Positions 47,801 to 57,624 are shown, counted from the stretch's first letter. The stretch: DNA of 64,000 nucleotides from Clostridia bacterium (GCA_024403735.1 JAKSRG010000007.1:19430-83429), one strand, 5' to 3'. Notes: generated by a model not told the origin, from the letters alone. Program-made: numbers and translations.

Positions 47801-48718
47801 AAGAGAGAGATTATCGTTACAGCTGCTGCTAACAGTGAGTTCAAGGACGATGATGGAAAGGCAATCACAGAGTGCCGTTATCCAGTACCTCTCGCTGCTA
47901 CACTTAAGGTTAGCGATGGCGATACAGTAGAAGCTGCTGATATGCTCACAGACGGTACTGTTAACCCATCTGAGATTATGAAGATTAAGGGCGAGCGTGG
48001 TGTACAGAAGTACATCGTTTCAGAAGTTCTTAAGGTTTATAAGAGCGGTGGTGTTACTATCAATGATAAGCATATCGAGGTTATTACTCGTCAGATGATG
48101 AGAAGAGTTCGTATCGACGATCCAGGTACAACATCATTTGTATCAGGTACAACAGTTGATATGTTCGACTTCGAAGCAGCAGTTGAAGAGCTTAAGAAGG
48201 AGATGGATCGTCTCCCTGAGATTAACGCTCAGATTGCTGAAGAGAACGAGAAGATTGCTGAAGAGAATGCAAAGATCATGGAAGAGAACGCTTCATTGCC
48301 AGAAGGCAAGCAGAAGAAGTTGTTGCCACTTAAGGAAGAGAAGACAGTTATTCTTCCAAGCGGTAAGAGACAGCTCCTCGGTATTACAAAGGCATCTCTT
48401 GCAACAGACTCATTCCTTTCTGCTGCATCATTCCAGGAGACAGCAAAGGTTCTTACAGATGCTGCTGTTAAGGGTAAGAAGGATCCACTCATCGGTCTCA
48501 AGGAGAACGTTATCATTGGTAGCCTTATCCCTGCTGGTACTGGTGTTGCTAGATACAGAAACATCACAGCAGTTCCTGTAATTAAGGAGAACTGTGAAAT
48601 TATCACTGGTCACGCTTATGGTGATGAGCCATCTGAGGAAGATCAGGAGCAGTTCGCTAATGAGTTCTATGAGGACTTGGTAGCAAAAGAGAAGCTCGAA
48701 GAAGAGCAGGACGCTTAA
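44882..48718 (+). CDS. rpoC: DNA-directed RNA polymerase subunit beta'
   Basis: The Zn-finger is [20 protein letters not shown]. The catalytic motif is [12 protein letters not shown]. Trigger-loop and C-terminal blocks are present. Confidence 0.98.
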   Translation: MFETSHFGSIDIKLASPERIKELGRNEVKKPETINYRTQKPEADGLFCEKIFGPMKSWECSCGKYKKIRYKGVTCERCGVEVTKNTVRRERMGHIMLAAPVAHTWYFRGIPSRISLLLDIPPKTLSKVIYFAQYIVVNPGNTSYVKKQTIDEVEYREVMRDPNRGSFDARMGAEAIMDLLKELDIDELAETLEKERKNASGQKKGRIIKRLEVVEAFKNSANKPEWMILTVLPVLPPEIRPMVPLDGGRYATSDLNDLYRRVINRNNRLKKLLNIKAPDIIVRNEKRMLQEAVDALIDNSKKSSRGVTGSTSATNNRQLKSLTDMLKGKQGRFRQNLLGKRVDYSGRSVIVVGPTLKMHQCGLPKEMALELFKPFVIKKLVEKGLTQNIKTGRRMVDRANAQVWDILEDVIKDHPVMLNRAPTLHRLGIQAFEPVLVEGRAIKLHPLVCTAFNADFDGDQMAVHVPLSAEAQAEARFLMLSSNNLLKPQDGNPVTVPTQDMILGCYYLTICRPGAKGEGMVFSSIDEAFMAYDEHQIELHSKVRIRITRMVNGVETTGLVESSFGRFIFNDIIPQDLGYVDRSIEGNELLLECDFVVGKKQLGKIISRSIAVHGSASTAALLDNIKELGYKYSTRGGISIGIEDMIVPDVKEKMIKEAEAKVELINNKFDKGFLNENGRYKAVIKIWETTTEAITKALIDNLGEYNPIKMMADSGARGSAQQIKQLAGMRGNMADTSGKTIEIPIKSNLREGMNVLEFFISSHGARKALSDTALKTADSGYLTRRLVDVAQEVIISEEDCGTEDFTWVKEIAIKANGKKDIVKTLADRLTGRYAAEQVVDPETNKVLIEKNQLIDAITAGKIEDAGFKKVKIRSVFDCKSRHGVCSKCYGLNLATGLPTTGGEAVGIMAAQSIGEPGTQLTMRTFHTGGIATGEDITQGLPRVEELFEARKPKGEAIISAIDGVVHIEEGAKGKREIIVTAAANSEFKDDDGKAITECRYPVPLAATLKVSDGDTVEAADMLTDGTVNPSEIMKIKGERGVQKYIVSEVLKVYKSGGVTINDKHIEVITRQMMRRVRIDDPGTTSFVSGTTVDMFDFEAAVEELKKEMDRLPEINAQIAEENEKIAEENAKIMEENASLPEGKQKKLLPLKEEKTVILPSGKRQLLGITKASLATDSFLSAASFQETAKVLTDAAVKGKKDPLIGLKENVIIGSLIPAGTGVARYRNITAVPVIKENCEIITGHAYGDEPSEEDQEQFANEFYEDLVAKEKLEEEQDA

Positions 48719-48748
48719 GCTATCTTCGTGATTAAATTGATTTCATGG

Positions 48749-48781
48749 GGAGCTTCGCCTTTTGGCGAAGCTTCTCTTTTT
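48749..48781 (+). terminator. intrinsic terminator after rpoC
   Basis: GGAGCTTCGCC / GGCGAAGCTTC form an 11-bp stem with a TTTT loop, followed by a T-run. Confidence 0.85.
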
Positions 48782-48809
48782 AGAACATAACAAGTAAGAG
48801 GATAATTAT

Positions 48810-50039
48810 ATGACAAGAAATGTATACGATATTCTTGAAGAGCGCGGTTATATCTCACAGGCTACTCATAGAGATGAAATCTATGAGATGCTCGGTAAGC
48901 CAGGCGTAACATTCTATATCGGTTTTGATCCAACAGCTGATAGCCTTCATGTTGGTCACTTCGTACAGATGATGGTTATGAGCCACATGCAGAAGGCTGG
49001 TCATAGACCAATTGCTCTCATGGGTGGTGGTACAGCTATGATCGGTGACCCATCAGGTAGATCTGATATGCGTCAGATGATGACAGTTGAGACAATTGAC
49101 CACAACGTTGAGTGTTTCAAGAAGCAGATGGGTAAGGTTGTAGATTTTAGTGATGGTAAGGCACTCATCGTTAACAACGGTGACTGGCTCCGTAACTTGA
49201 ATTTTATGGATTTCATGCGTGACATTGGACCACACTTCTCAGTTAACAGAATGCTCACAGCTGAGTGCTACAAGCAGCGTCTCGAGAAGGGTCTTACATT
49301 CCTTGAGTTCACATATATGCTCATGCAGAGCTACGATTTCTACTATCTCCACCAGAAGTATGATTGCTGCCTTGAATTAGGTGGTGACGACCAGTGGTCA
49401 AATATTATTGGTGGTGTAGAGCTCGTTCGTCGTAAGGACCAGGCACAGGCTTATGGTCTTACATTCACACTCCTTACTAACAGTGAAGGTAAGAAGATGG
49501 GTAAGACAGCTAAGGGTGCTGTATGGCTCGATCCTAACAAGACAACACCATTCGATTTCTACCAGTATTGGAGAAACGTTGATGATGCTGATGTTATTAA
49601 GTGCATGAAGCTTTTGACATTCCTCCCAATGGAAGAGATTAACGAGTATGCTAAGCTCACAGATGCAGCAATCAACGAAGCTAAGAAAAAGCTTGCTTAC
49701 GAAGTAACAAAGATTGTTCACGGCGAAGAGATTGCAGATCAGGTTAAGAAGCAGACTGAGGATATTTTCGAGAACAACGGTCGTTCAGAGAACATGAATA
49801 CAACTGAGATCACAGCTGATGCTTTGGCTGCTGGAATTCAGGTTGCAGATATTCTCGTTGAGGCTGGTCTCATGAAGTCTAAGGGTGAAGCTAAGAGAAT
49901 GATCCAGCAGAAGGGTGTATACCTTAACGATGTAGTAGTTGAGGATCCATTCTACACACTTAAGGATTCAGACTTCACAGATTCAGAAGCTATCATCCGT
50001 AAGGGTAAGAAAGTATTCCACAGACTTCTCATCAAGTAA
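48810..50039 (+). CDS. tyrS: tyrosine--tRNA ligase
   Basis: HIGH is DSLHVGH and KMSKS is KKMGKT. It has a C-terminal S4-like domain and is 409 aa. Confidence 0.95.
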   Translation: MTRNVYDILEERGYISQATHRDEIYEMLGKPGVTFYIGFDPTADSLHVGHFVQMMVMSHMQKAGHRPIALMGGGTAMIGDPSGRSDMRQMMTVETIDHNVECFKKQMGKVVDFSDGKALIVNNGDWLRNLNFMDFMRDIGPHFSVNRMLTAECYKQRLEKGLTFLEFTYMLMQSYDFYYLHQKYDCCLELGGDDQWSNIIGGVELVRRKDQAQAYGLTFTLLTNSEGKKMGKTAKGAVWLDPNKTTPFDFYQYWRNVDDADVIKCMKLLTFLPMEEINEYAKLTDAAINEAKKKLAYEVTKIVHGEEIADQVKKQTEDIFENNGRSENMNTTEITADALAAGIQVADILVEAGLMKSKGEAKRMIQQKGVYLNDVVVEDPFYTLKDSDFTDSEAIIRKGKKVFHRLLIK

Positions 50040-50223
50040 TGTGAACTAGAAAAATACGAAATAGCACAGATTTTACTATTTTTAATAGATATATGTGCGA
50101 AAAGAACGAAATAGACACTTTTTTTCGACATATTGTGTATATTTGATTAGTAGAAATAAAATTTATGTGTGATAGAATTTATGTGTGATTAAACACAAGA
50201 ATAAATATATGGAGGTTATTCTC

Positions 50224-50751
50224 ATGAAGGGTTTAAAGGGAATTGTTTCAGTTCTTCTTATTGGTGCTATGGCACTTTCACTTTGTGCTTGTGGCGTTAA
50301 GGAAGTTGCTCCAAAGGAGTTTAAGTCTATTGTTAAGGAAGCATTGGATTGCGATAAGGAAGATCTTTACGAGTCAGAAGGTTACTACGATTATATCGAG
50401 ACACGTATCTCTTATTCTGGTGAAGATTACGATAAGTACACTGTAATTCTTACAGAGTATGAGGACGAAGAGGCTGCTAAGTACGCATTTGATGTTGAGA
50501 CAAACAGCATGAACTTCAAGAAGTCACATGATCAGATCGATGGTAAGTGCAAGATTGCTAAGAACTACATCACAATCGATGCTGAAGTAACATATGGTTA
50601 CGATGGAAACGACGAGGATGTATACGGTGGTGTTTACATGGCTGGTAACTACATTATCGAAGTTTACACATACACAGGTAAGGACAAGGATAAGGACGTA
50701 ATCGATGAGGTTATCGATGCACTCGGTTATCCAAAGCCAAGCAGAGCTTAA
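50224..50751 (+). CDS. small lipoprotein of unknown function
   Basis: ATG 50224 follows GGAGGT. The signal plus lipobox is MKGLKGIVSVLLIGAMALSLCAC. Confidence 0.7.
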   Translation: MKGLKGIVSVLLIGAMALSLCACGVKEVAPKEFKSIVKEALDCDKEDLYESEGYYDYIETRISYSGEDYDKYTVILTEYEDEEAAKYAFDVETNSMNFKKSHDQIDGKCKIAKNYITIDAEVTYGYDGNDEDVYGGVYMAGNYIIEVYTYTGKDKDKDVIDEVIDALGYPKPSRA

Positions 50752-50775
50752 TTAAAGCTTGAATTTGTTTTCTAG

Positions 50776-50805
50776 ATGGCGATCAGAAATGGTCGCCATT
50801 TTTTA
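50776..50805 (+). terminator. intrinsic terminator
   Basis: ATGGCGA / TCGCCAT form the stem, followed by T6. Confidence 0.75.
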
Positions 50806-50930
50806 TGCTGTTTTTCTGTTCAGGCAATCAATACGACCCGGTCGAAAACACCCTGCCAAGCTGAAGGATTATCCTCACGAAATATGCTAAAATCAAATAT
50901 AATTAATATTCATGATTAGGAGTAAAACAT

Positions 50931-52061
50931 ATGATATATAGAGATTTTCAGGATTTGAAGTTATCTAATCTTGGCTTTGGAATGATGAGACTACCAACCT
51001 TAGATAGTAAGAAGACAGAGATTGACATGGAGCAGCTATCAAAGATGGTTGCATATGCAATCGAGCATGGTGTTAATTACTTTGACACAGCATGGGGCTA
51101 TCACGAAGGTATGTCTGAACTTGCTGCAGGCGAAGTGCTTTCCAAGTATCCAAGAGATAGCTTCTATCTTGCTAGTAAGTTCCCTGGCTACGACACTAAT
51201 AACTTCCCAAAGGTAAAGGAAATATTTGAAAAGCAGCTCGAGAAGTGCAAGACTGAGTATTTTGATTTCTACCTATTCCATAATGTATGCGATACAAATA
51301 TCGAGTACTATCTAGATCCTAAGTACGGAGTTGATGAGTATCTCTGCGAGCAGAAGAGATTAGGCAGAATTAAGCATCTTGGTATGTCTCATCACGGAAC
51401 ATTTGATGCTTTTAAGGCTTTCCTCGAGAAGTATGGCGACCACATTGAATTCTGCCAGCTTCAGCTCAACTACATCGATTGGGATTTCCAGGAAGCCAAG
51501 CTTAGAGTAGAACTTCTAAAGAAGTACAACATTCCAGTATGGGTTATGGAACCACTTCGAGGTGGTAAACTCGTAAAGATTGATGACAAGGGTATGGAGA
51601 AACTTAGCGCTCTTCGTCCAGGTGCATCTGCTGTAGAATGGGCATTCAGATATTTGCAGACAATCCCTGATGTGAAGGTAATATTGTCTGGTATGTCTAC
51701 TATGGATCAGATAGTAGATAACGTTAGAATCTTTGAAGAAGATAAGCCACTTAACGACGAAGAGATGGCTGCGCTATATGATACAGCATCCAATGGAATT
51801 CTAGCTGGAACACTACCTTGTACAGGCTGCAGATACTGTACTGAGTACTGTCCAATGGGATTAGATATTCCAATGTATATGGTTCTTTACAACGAGGAAA
51901 AGATGACACCAGGAACTCATTATATTAAGATGGCGCTTCGTAATATGCCAGCCGATAAACTACCAACAGTTTGTCTTGGTTGTGGCGCGTGCGAGGCAGT
52001 ATGTCCACAATCTCTTAAGATCGCAGATATGATGACTGAGTTCCAGAGTTTTATAAAGTAG
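50931..52061 (+). CDS. aldo/keto reductase with a C-terminal 4Fe-4S dicluster domain
   Basis: The AKR N-terminus is LGFGMMRLP...YFDTAWGYH. Two Cys clusters are present, CTGCRYCTEYCP and CLGCGACEAVCP. Confidence 0.85.
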   Translation: MIYRDFQDLKLSNLGFGMMRLPTLDSKKTEIDMEQLSKMVAYAIEHGVNYFDTAWGYHEGMSELAAGEVLSKYPRDSFYLASKFPGYDTNNFPKVKEIFEKQLEKCKTEYFDFYLFHNVCDTNIEYYLDPKYGVDEYLCEQKRLGRIKHLGMSHHGTFDAFKAFLEKYGDHIEFCQLQLNYIDWDFQEAKLRVELLKKYNIPVWVMEPLRGGKLVKIDDKGMEKLSALRPGASAVEWAFRYLQTIPDVKVILSGMSTMDQIVDNVRIFEEDKPLNDEEMAALYDTASNGILAGTLPCTGCRYCTEYCPMGLDIPMYMVLYNEEKMTPGTHYIKMALRNMPADKLPTVCLGCGACEAVCPQSLKIADMMTEFQSFIK

Positions 52062-52080
52062 TATCGATATCTAATTAAGG

Positions 52081-54651
52081 GTGGTAGCAGTGAATCAATT
52101 TAAGTTTTTGGTAAAAAAAATAGGTGATAGTTTATCATCAGATCAGCCACGTGTATATTTCTGTGCTACTGCTAATGATTATAAGAAGTACTTTGAAGAG
52201 ATTAGCGATGACATATTGTTTAACAAAAGAGATGTAGCTATATATTATCTAGACAATCCTGATATGAGAATAGACGAGGCAGATATAGAGGCGAAAGAAG
52301 AGTTTGTAGCTTGTCTAGAAGAGATGCAGTTGTTTGTGGTTTTGCTCACTTATGATTTCTTGTTAACAGATAATAGAGCTAGATTGTTTGATTATGAGAT
52401 AGCTATAGCAAAGAATATTCCAGTTTTTATCATTGCTCTCGATGAGGGATTAAGCAAATCTGTTCCGGGATTTAATGATTTGATTAAGAGAAGACAATAT
52501 GTTAACAAGAAATCTATTGACTATGATCATATCTCCTATGACAAGCATTTAAGTTCACTTTTGGCTTCTTTTCTTGTTAATGATGAATTGAGAAGTGAAG
52601 TGAGAGATGCTTTTGATTCATATATATTTCTAAGTTATCGCAAGAAAGATCGTAAATATATTAAAGAAATAATGAAGAATATTCATGAGAATGAAGCATG
52701 CAGAGATGTTGCTATCTGGTATGATGAATATATTTCGCTTGGTGAAGATTTCAGTTCATCTATTAAGAGTGCTTTTGATAAGAGTAATCTATTCGTACTT
52801 GCTGTAACACCTAGTCTCCTAGAGGAGAATAATTATGTCATGAGAATAGAATATCCTATGGCTATTAAGAATAATGTTACAGTCCTACCTATAGAAGTTG
52901 TTCCGACAAACAGAGATATGTTAGAGAAATACTATGAAGGTATTCCTGAATGTATTTCTGGTTCTTCTGAGATAGCTTCATGGTTAGAAACATTTGCAAA
53001 AACATCCCTGAGAACTCTAAATAATAGTGCAAGACATTTGTATCTTATAGGATTAGCATATCTGCATGGTATTGACGTAGAGATAGATTATTCAAGAGCA
53101 ATTGATTTATTGACACGCGCTGCAGAGATGAATCTCCCTGAGGCCTACGAAGAACTCATATCAATATATGACAATGGATTAGGCGTAAATGTGGATTACG
53201 ATATTTCTATTAAATGGCACGAGAAGTATCTGAAGTATTTAAAGGATTTGTATCTTAAGTGTCCAAGTGATGATAATAGAAGAGTTCTACTAAATAAAGG
53301 TAACGATCTGATTGATCATTACAATTATGCGGGAAAATATGAATTATGTATACGCTTCTGTTTGGAATTATTAGAATTTGCTCAAGAAAAAAGTGATACT
53401 AGATATAAAGGCTTAATTTATTTATTCTTATCAAGATCATATATAGGTATTGGTAAATTTGATGAAGCTCAACAGTGTTGTGAAAATGCTATTGATGTTT
53501 TTGATTATATGATAGAGGCGACAACTCATAATTATGATTATATTAAGTTAGCTGATTGTTATTTAAGATTAGCTGATGTGTTTGTTTATGATAGACGTTA
53601 TGATGAATGTCAAAAGAGTATACATAAGGCTAAAGAGATCATAGAATCAATTAGTACTGAAGATTCGACTAATGAAGAGTGGATAAGTATTCAAAGATTA
53701 TTAGGTTCATGTTACAGGAAATTATCTGATATCTTGTTTATGGTAGATTCTTATGAAGACGCAAAAAAATTTGGGTTAATGCGAATAGAGATCCGTAAGA
53801 AGATAGCAATGATGACTAGGAAAAACCAGGATTTTGCTTTATTGGCTGATGCTTATCATGATTATGGTTCATGGTTAAACAGATTTGGTGATTCAGATGA
53901 TGCTCTTGCGTATTTTGAGAATGCAGTGGGAATTGCAAATGATCTTGAAGATGAAGAAGATCCTGATTCACTTATTAGATTAGTATCTATTTATGATAGT
54001 ATTGGATACTACTTTGAGATGGCAGGTGCACTGGAAGAAGCCAAAGAGTTCTATTTGGATACTATAGAATGGATGCATAAGGTGCTTGGTAAGTGCGATA
54101 TAGTTACTAACTGGATTAGACTTGTACATCAATATAGTCGTATGGGTTGTTTGCTAAGAGCAGAAGGTAATAATGAGGAAGCCAAGGAATATTTATTTAA
54201 AGCACTAGATATATATACAAAATACAAGACAAACAACGAGAACACTTATGATTTGCGATTATTATCAAAAATCTATATGTACTTAGGAGATGTATTCTGT
54301 AAAGAGAATTGTTTTGTAAAAGCAAAACAGTACTATGAAAAAGTGTATGAGATAAGCATTTATATCTATGAAATAGCTCATACTTCAAACAACATGAGAC
54401 TGGTTGCAGCTTCTATCAGAAAATTTGCTTGGCTATTCCAGTTAGAAGGCAGATGGGCCGAAGCAGAAAAGAAGCATATTGAATGTTTGGATATTTATTT
54501 GACTTTGTGTAATAAGTTGCATCTGGAAAGTGACATTAGGATTGTTAATCGAATTTACCAGGATTTATTACGAATTTGTGATGCAATAAATGATGCAGAT
54601 AAAAAAGCCTTTTATGAGTGCGAATTAAAGAAGTTCACAGAAGGCATATAA
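52081..54651 (+). CDS. tandem TIR-like domains, Sel1-like repeats and a long TPR-like solenoid (no NTPase motif seen)
   Basis: Residues ~180-275 (IFLSYRKKDRKYIKEIM...VAIWYDEYISLGEDFSSSIKSAFDKSNLFVLAVTPSLLEENNYVMRIEYPMAI...VLPIEV) match the TIR_2 pattern. Residues ~24-125 form a more divergent copy. LIGLAYLHGIDVEIDYSRAIDLLTRAA...GLGVNVDYDISIKWHEKY are Sel1-like. The remaining ~480 aa are helical-repeat-like. The start is uncertain between GTG 52081 and GTG 52090. Confidence 0.75.
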   Translation: MVAVNQFKFLVKKIGDSLSSDQPRVYFCATANDYKKYFEEISDDILFNKRDVAIYYLDNPDMRIDEADIEAKEEFVACLEEMQLFVVLLTYDFLLTDNRARLFDYEIAIAKNIPVFIIALDEGLSKSVPGFNDLIKRRQYVNKKSIDYDHISYDKHLSSLLASFLVNDELRSEVRDAFDSYIFLSYRKKDRKYIKEIMKNIHENEACRDVAIWYDEYISLGEDFSSSIKSAFDKSNLFVLAVTPSLLEENNYVMRIEYPMAIKNNVTVLPIEVVPTNRDMLEKYYEGIPECISGSSEIASWLETFAKTSLRTLNNSARHLYLIGLAYLHGIDVEIDYSRAIDLLTRAAEMNLPEAYEELISIYDNGLGVNVDYDISIKWHEKYLKYLKDLYLKCPSDDNRRVLLNKGNDLIDHYNYAGKYELCIRFCLELLEFAQEKSDTRYKGLIYLFLSRSYIGIGKFDEAQQCCENAIDVFDYMIEATTHNYDYIKLADCYLRLADVFVYDRRYDECQKSIHKAKEIIESISTEDSTNEEWISIQRLLGSCYRKLSDILFMVDSYEDAKKFGLMRIEIRKKIAMMTRKNQDFALLADAYHDYGSWLNRFGDSDDALAYFENAVGIANDLEDEEDPDSLIRLVSIYDSIGYYFEMAGALEEAKEFYLDTIEWMHKVLGKCDIVTNWIRLVHQYSRMGCLLRAEGNNEEAKEYLFKALDIYTKYKTNNENTYDLRLLSKIYMYLGDVFCKENCFVKAKQYYEKVYEISIYIYEIAHTSNNMRLVAASIRKFAWLFQLEGRWAEAEKKHIECLDIYLTLCNKLHLESDIRIVNRIYQDLLRICDAINDADKKAFYECELKKFTEGI

Positions 54652-54730
54652 TACAGTCCTTGTTTTTCGTTTTCAACTTCAATCTGTACGGACAGACGAT
54701 GATAACACAAATAATGTCCCATTATTGGCA

Positions 54731-54759
54731 TTTACAAACATATGTTCGCGTGTTAGAAT
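54731..54759 (+). promoter_or_regulatory. sigma-A-type promoter overlapped by a LexA/DinR-type (Cheo-like) box
   Basis: TTTACA (54731-54736), a 17-nt spacer, then TAGAAT (54754-54759). CAAACATATGTTCG at 54735-54748 differs at one position from the palindrome CGAACATATGTTCG. Confidence 0.55.
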
Positions 54760-54788
54760 TCCTTCACAGTATATGAGGAGGTAATGAC

Positions 54789-55529
54789 ATGCTTAATAGT
54801 ACGGTTAATAAGTTTAGTTATGATGGAACTATTGAAGGGTTTCTATCAGTATTTGATTATTGTATAGAGAATAAGGTTATGCCTGTAAATATTAAGCCTG
54901 ATTACCTCGTCTATGGGACTATTATTGAGCGTGAGTATTTACGAATTCCAACTAATTATCAGCTAGCAGACAGAATGTATAGATTAGTTGGCAGACGTTC
55001 ATCTCCTGAAGTTCAGCAGATGATGAGCGATTGTTTTCTAACAAGTCTTCCAGATATGGAGATGGATTTGTTTATTATGATCTGTAAGGCTATTAAGTAT
55101 GGTGCTGTCATTGCTGAGGATTATAAGGATCAGTTACTGCATCGAATCCAGTTCGCGATTAGGGATTTATATAGAGAGGCACATAGTGTTGTTCATGCTG
55201 TTAATGCAGTGAAGATAGACGATGTGTCTTATGCAATTATTAACCCACGTAATAATGTCCTTCCAATAATTGAGAAGTCTTTGCTTAATAACTATGATTA
55301 CGATGATTTTATCGTCTATGACAAGAGACATCATATTGCTTTGCTGAGGATTGATGATAGGAATTCTATGGTAGATATTAAGCGTATTATGACCTGTGAG
55401 GTTAATTCCATTGAGGATTTGAGATCTAGGATATGGGTATATTTCCGAGAGACAACCAATATGCCTGCTAGGGATGTGCGGGGTATGAGGGCAGATTCAC
55501 TTACGAGATTATGGTATATCGCTAGCTAA
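54789..55529 (+). CDS. TIGR03915/DUF4130-family 'probable DNA metabolism protein'
   Basis: The N-terminus ...FSYDGTIEGFLSVFDYC... and the ~245 aa size fit my memory of this family. GAGGAGG lies 7 nt upstream. No radical-SAM partner gene is present in the window. Confidence 0.6.
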   Translation: MLNSTVNKFSYDGTIEGFLSVFDYCIENKVMPVNIKPDYLVYGTIIEREYLRIPTNYQLADRMYRLVGRRSSPEVQQMMSDCFLTSLPDMEMDLFIMICKAIKYGAVIAEDYKDQLLHRIQFAIRDLYREAHSVVHAVNAVKIDDVSYAIINPRNNVLPIIEKSLLNNYDYDDFIVYDKRHHIALLRIDDRNSMVDIKRIMTCEVNSIEDLRSRIWVYFRETTNMPARDVRGMRADSLTRLWYIAS

Positions 55530-55687
55530 AATTTGTTTGACTTTTATTAATAAAGCCTTAATAAATACACCCTATCCATTATGGTATTATTGAATCATCA
55601 GAATTGTGTAAGTACTTAATTAGTTTTGTGAATTAACGATAGTTTGGTTGTAGATTAAGTACAATCTAGAAGGATTTAGGGTGAATA

Positions 55688-56200
55688 ATGATGTTAACTA
55701 AATCGATTGTATTAATAGGTATGCCTGGATCAGGCAAGTCTACAGTGGGTAAGGCTCTAGCTAGAAAATATGATGTAGATTTCTGTGATACTGATAATCT
55801 GATTATTGAGAACACAGGTGAGAGTTTGCAGGATACATTGGATCGCTTAGGGAGAGATGGTTTTCTAGAGGAAGAGCGACAGGCTTTGTTAGGATATACT
55901 CCATCTAAGCCACAGGTTATTGCTACTGGTGGAAGTGTTGTTTTACATGACGATGCTATGCAGCATCTCAAAAGTATAGGAACAGTTATTTTTCTTGATG
56001 CTGATTTACCACTCATTAAGAAAAGGCTTTGGAATATTGATACACGTGGCATTGTTTTTAATAGTAATGAAGACGATGTAATCGGCGTATATCGTGAGCG
56101 CGAGCCGCTTTATTATAAGTATTCAGATGCAAGAGTTCATATTAGAGGCAAGAGAATAGCGAATATTATTGATGCTATTGATGCAATTGTTGAGAAGTAA
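55688..56200 (+). CDS. aroK: shikimate kinase
   Basis: Walker A is LIGMPGSGKSTVGKALA, followed by DTD and ATGGS. About 170 aa. Confidence 0.88.
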   Translation: MMLTKSIVLIGMPGSGKSTVGKALARKYDVDFCDTDNLIIENTGESLQDTLDRLGRDGFLEEERQALLGYTPSKPQVIATGGSVVLHDDAMQHLKSIGTVIFLDADLPLIKKRLWNIDTRGIVFNSNEDDVIGVYREREPLYYKYSDARVHIRGKRIANIIDAIDAIVEK

Positions 56201-56377
56201 TTTGAATTACAATCTTGAGTTGTCTAGCAAAATGTTAAAAAATATTGCGATTGTTTCTTGTTTTGTTGCCAAAAGCTAGAAACATTTGCCTAAAACTTGA
56301 CTAATCTTGAATATTGACTTGCTTTGTTTTATCATTATAAGGCAGTAAAATATATCCACATGGAGGAGTAGATTATT

Positions 56378-57439
56378 ATGAAGAAGCTTAAGACTTTTTT
56401 GGTTTTGCTTATTTGTCTTGCTATGATGGCAGGTTCATTAGTAGCATGTGATTCTTCTTCAAGCAAGAAGTCATCTAAGAAGGATAAGAAGGTCGAGAAA
56501 GAAGACGACGAAGACGAAGATGACGACGATGAAGATGATGATGACGATGATGATGAAGACGAAGATGACGATGATGAAGATGACGACGATGATGACGACG
56601 ACAAGCCTTCAAAGCCAGCTAAGCCTTCAATCGATGATGACGATGATGATCCAATAATCATTGATGATGATGACGATGATGATATTCGTGCATCTGATTT
56701 GTCAATTGACGAGCAGGTTCTTTACGATGATGGTGATATCGTAATTACAGCTACAGGTATCGTTTACGATGATTGGTATGGCGATAAGCTCGAAGTTTTG
56801 ATTGAGAATAATTCAGATGTTATGGTTACATTCAGCTGTTCATACATGCTTATCAATAACTGTGTAAATGATTATATTGGTTTGTATGAGGATGTTAAGG
56901 CTGGTGGTAAGACATATGCTACACTCTCATTGAACTCAGATGATATGAATGAATACTATGGAATCAAGAACTTCGGTCAGATTGATCTTGCTTTCAAGGG
57001 TTACGATGATAACTACAACACAGTATTCCAGACAGATAACATCACAATTAAGACTAACAAGTTTGATAAGATGGATGAGGCTACACCATTTGATGGTACA
57101 GTTCTCGTAGATGAAGAAGGCGTATATGCTGTTATCAAGATGGGCGAAGTAAGCGATTGGTCAACAGAGCTTCTCGTATTCGTACATAACGATACAGATA
57201 AGACAGTTTATCTCTCAACAAATTCTTTGACAATTAATGGTTTTGAAGTTGATGGTTATTTGAGTGCTTCAGTTCCAGCTGGTGCTTATGGCGCAGATAC
57301 AGTTTGGATTTATTCTGATGATCTCGAAGAGAGCCACATCGATGAGATTGAGACAATTGAGATGTCTGTTAAGGTTATGGATTATGATAGTTACAAGACA
57401 CTCTTCACAACAGATGAGGTTGAGATCCCTGTAAACTAA
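56378..57439 (+). CDS. lipoprotein with a long poly-Asp/Glu linker and two repeat domains (paralog family)
   Basis: The lipobox is GSLVAC. It has 34 consecutive D/E residues plus two further D6-D7 runs. The domain blocks LIENNSD...INNCVNDY... are shared with 10815-11738 and 57625-58623. Confidence 0.8.
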   Translation: MKKLKTFLVLLICLAMMAGSLVACDSSSSKKSSKKDKKVEKEDDEDEDDDDEDDDDDDDEDEDDDDEDDDDDDDDKPSKPAKPSIDDDDDDPIIIDDDDDDDIRASDLSIDEQVLYDDGDIVITATGIVYDDWYGDKLEVLIENNSDVMVTFSCSYMLINNCVNDYIGLYEDVKAGGKTYATLSLNSDDMNEYYGIKNFGQIDLAFKGYDDNYNTVFQTDNITIKTNKFDKMDEATPFDGTVLVDEEGVYAVIKMGEVSDWSTELLVFVHNDTDKTVYLSTNSLTINGFEVDGYLSASVPAGAYGADTVWIYSDDLEESHIDEIETIEMSVKVMDYDSYKTLFTTDEVEIPVN

Positions 57440-57624
57440 TTATTAGTTAAATAGTTTGACTTGATTACTGCCGCAGAGCTTTATGAGCTTTGTGGCAGTT
57501 TTTTGTGCAATAAAAGGTTGTATTTTGCCTTTTGAATATATGTGTTTTGAAAAGAATACTTTAGAATGATACTATAAAGAAGACTGAGAAAATTTTGACA
57601 AGTCATAAGGGAGATATAAGATTT

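Noticed and set aside
41083-48718. Many 60-200-aa ORFs in other frames or on the antisense strand inside rpoB and rpoC (e.g. 43264-43875 minus, 45842-46273 minus, 48138-48581 plus)
   Set aside because: They lie entirely within unambiguous, highly conserved rpoB/rpoC reading frames. They have no RBS and low-complexity or implausible sequence. They are shadow ORFs.
48719-48809. Expected T-box leader upstream of tyrS
   Set aside because: Only about 90 nt separate rpoC from tyrS. That space is occupied by the rpoC terminator hairpin (48749-48781), and no GGUGGUACCGCG-like motif is present.
56335-56661. Minus-strand ORF encoding a poly-Ser protein
   Set aside because: It is the antisense reading of the GAT/GAC/GAA tract of the poly-Asp lipoprotein gene. 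It has no independent start context.
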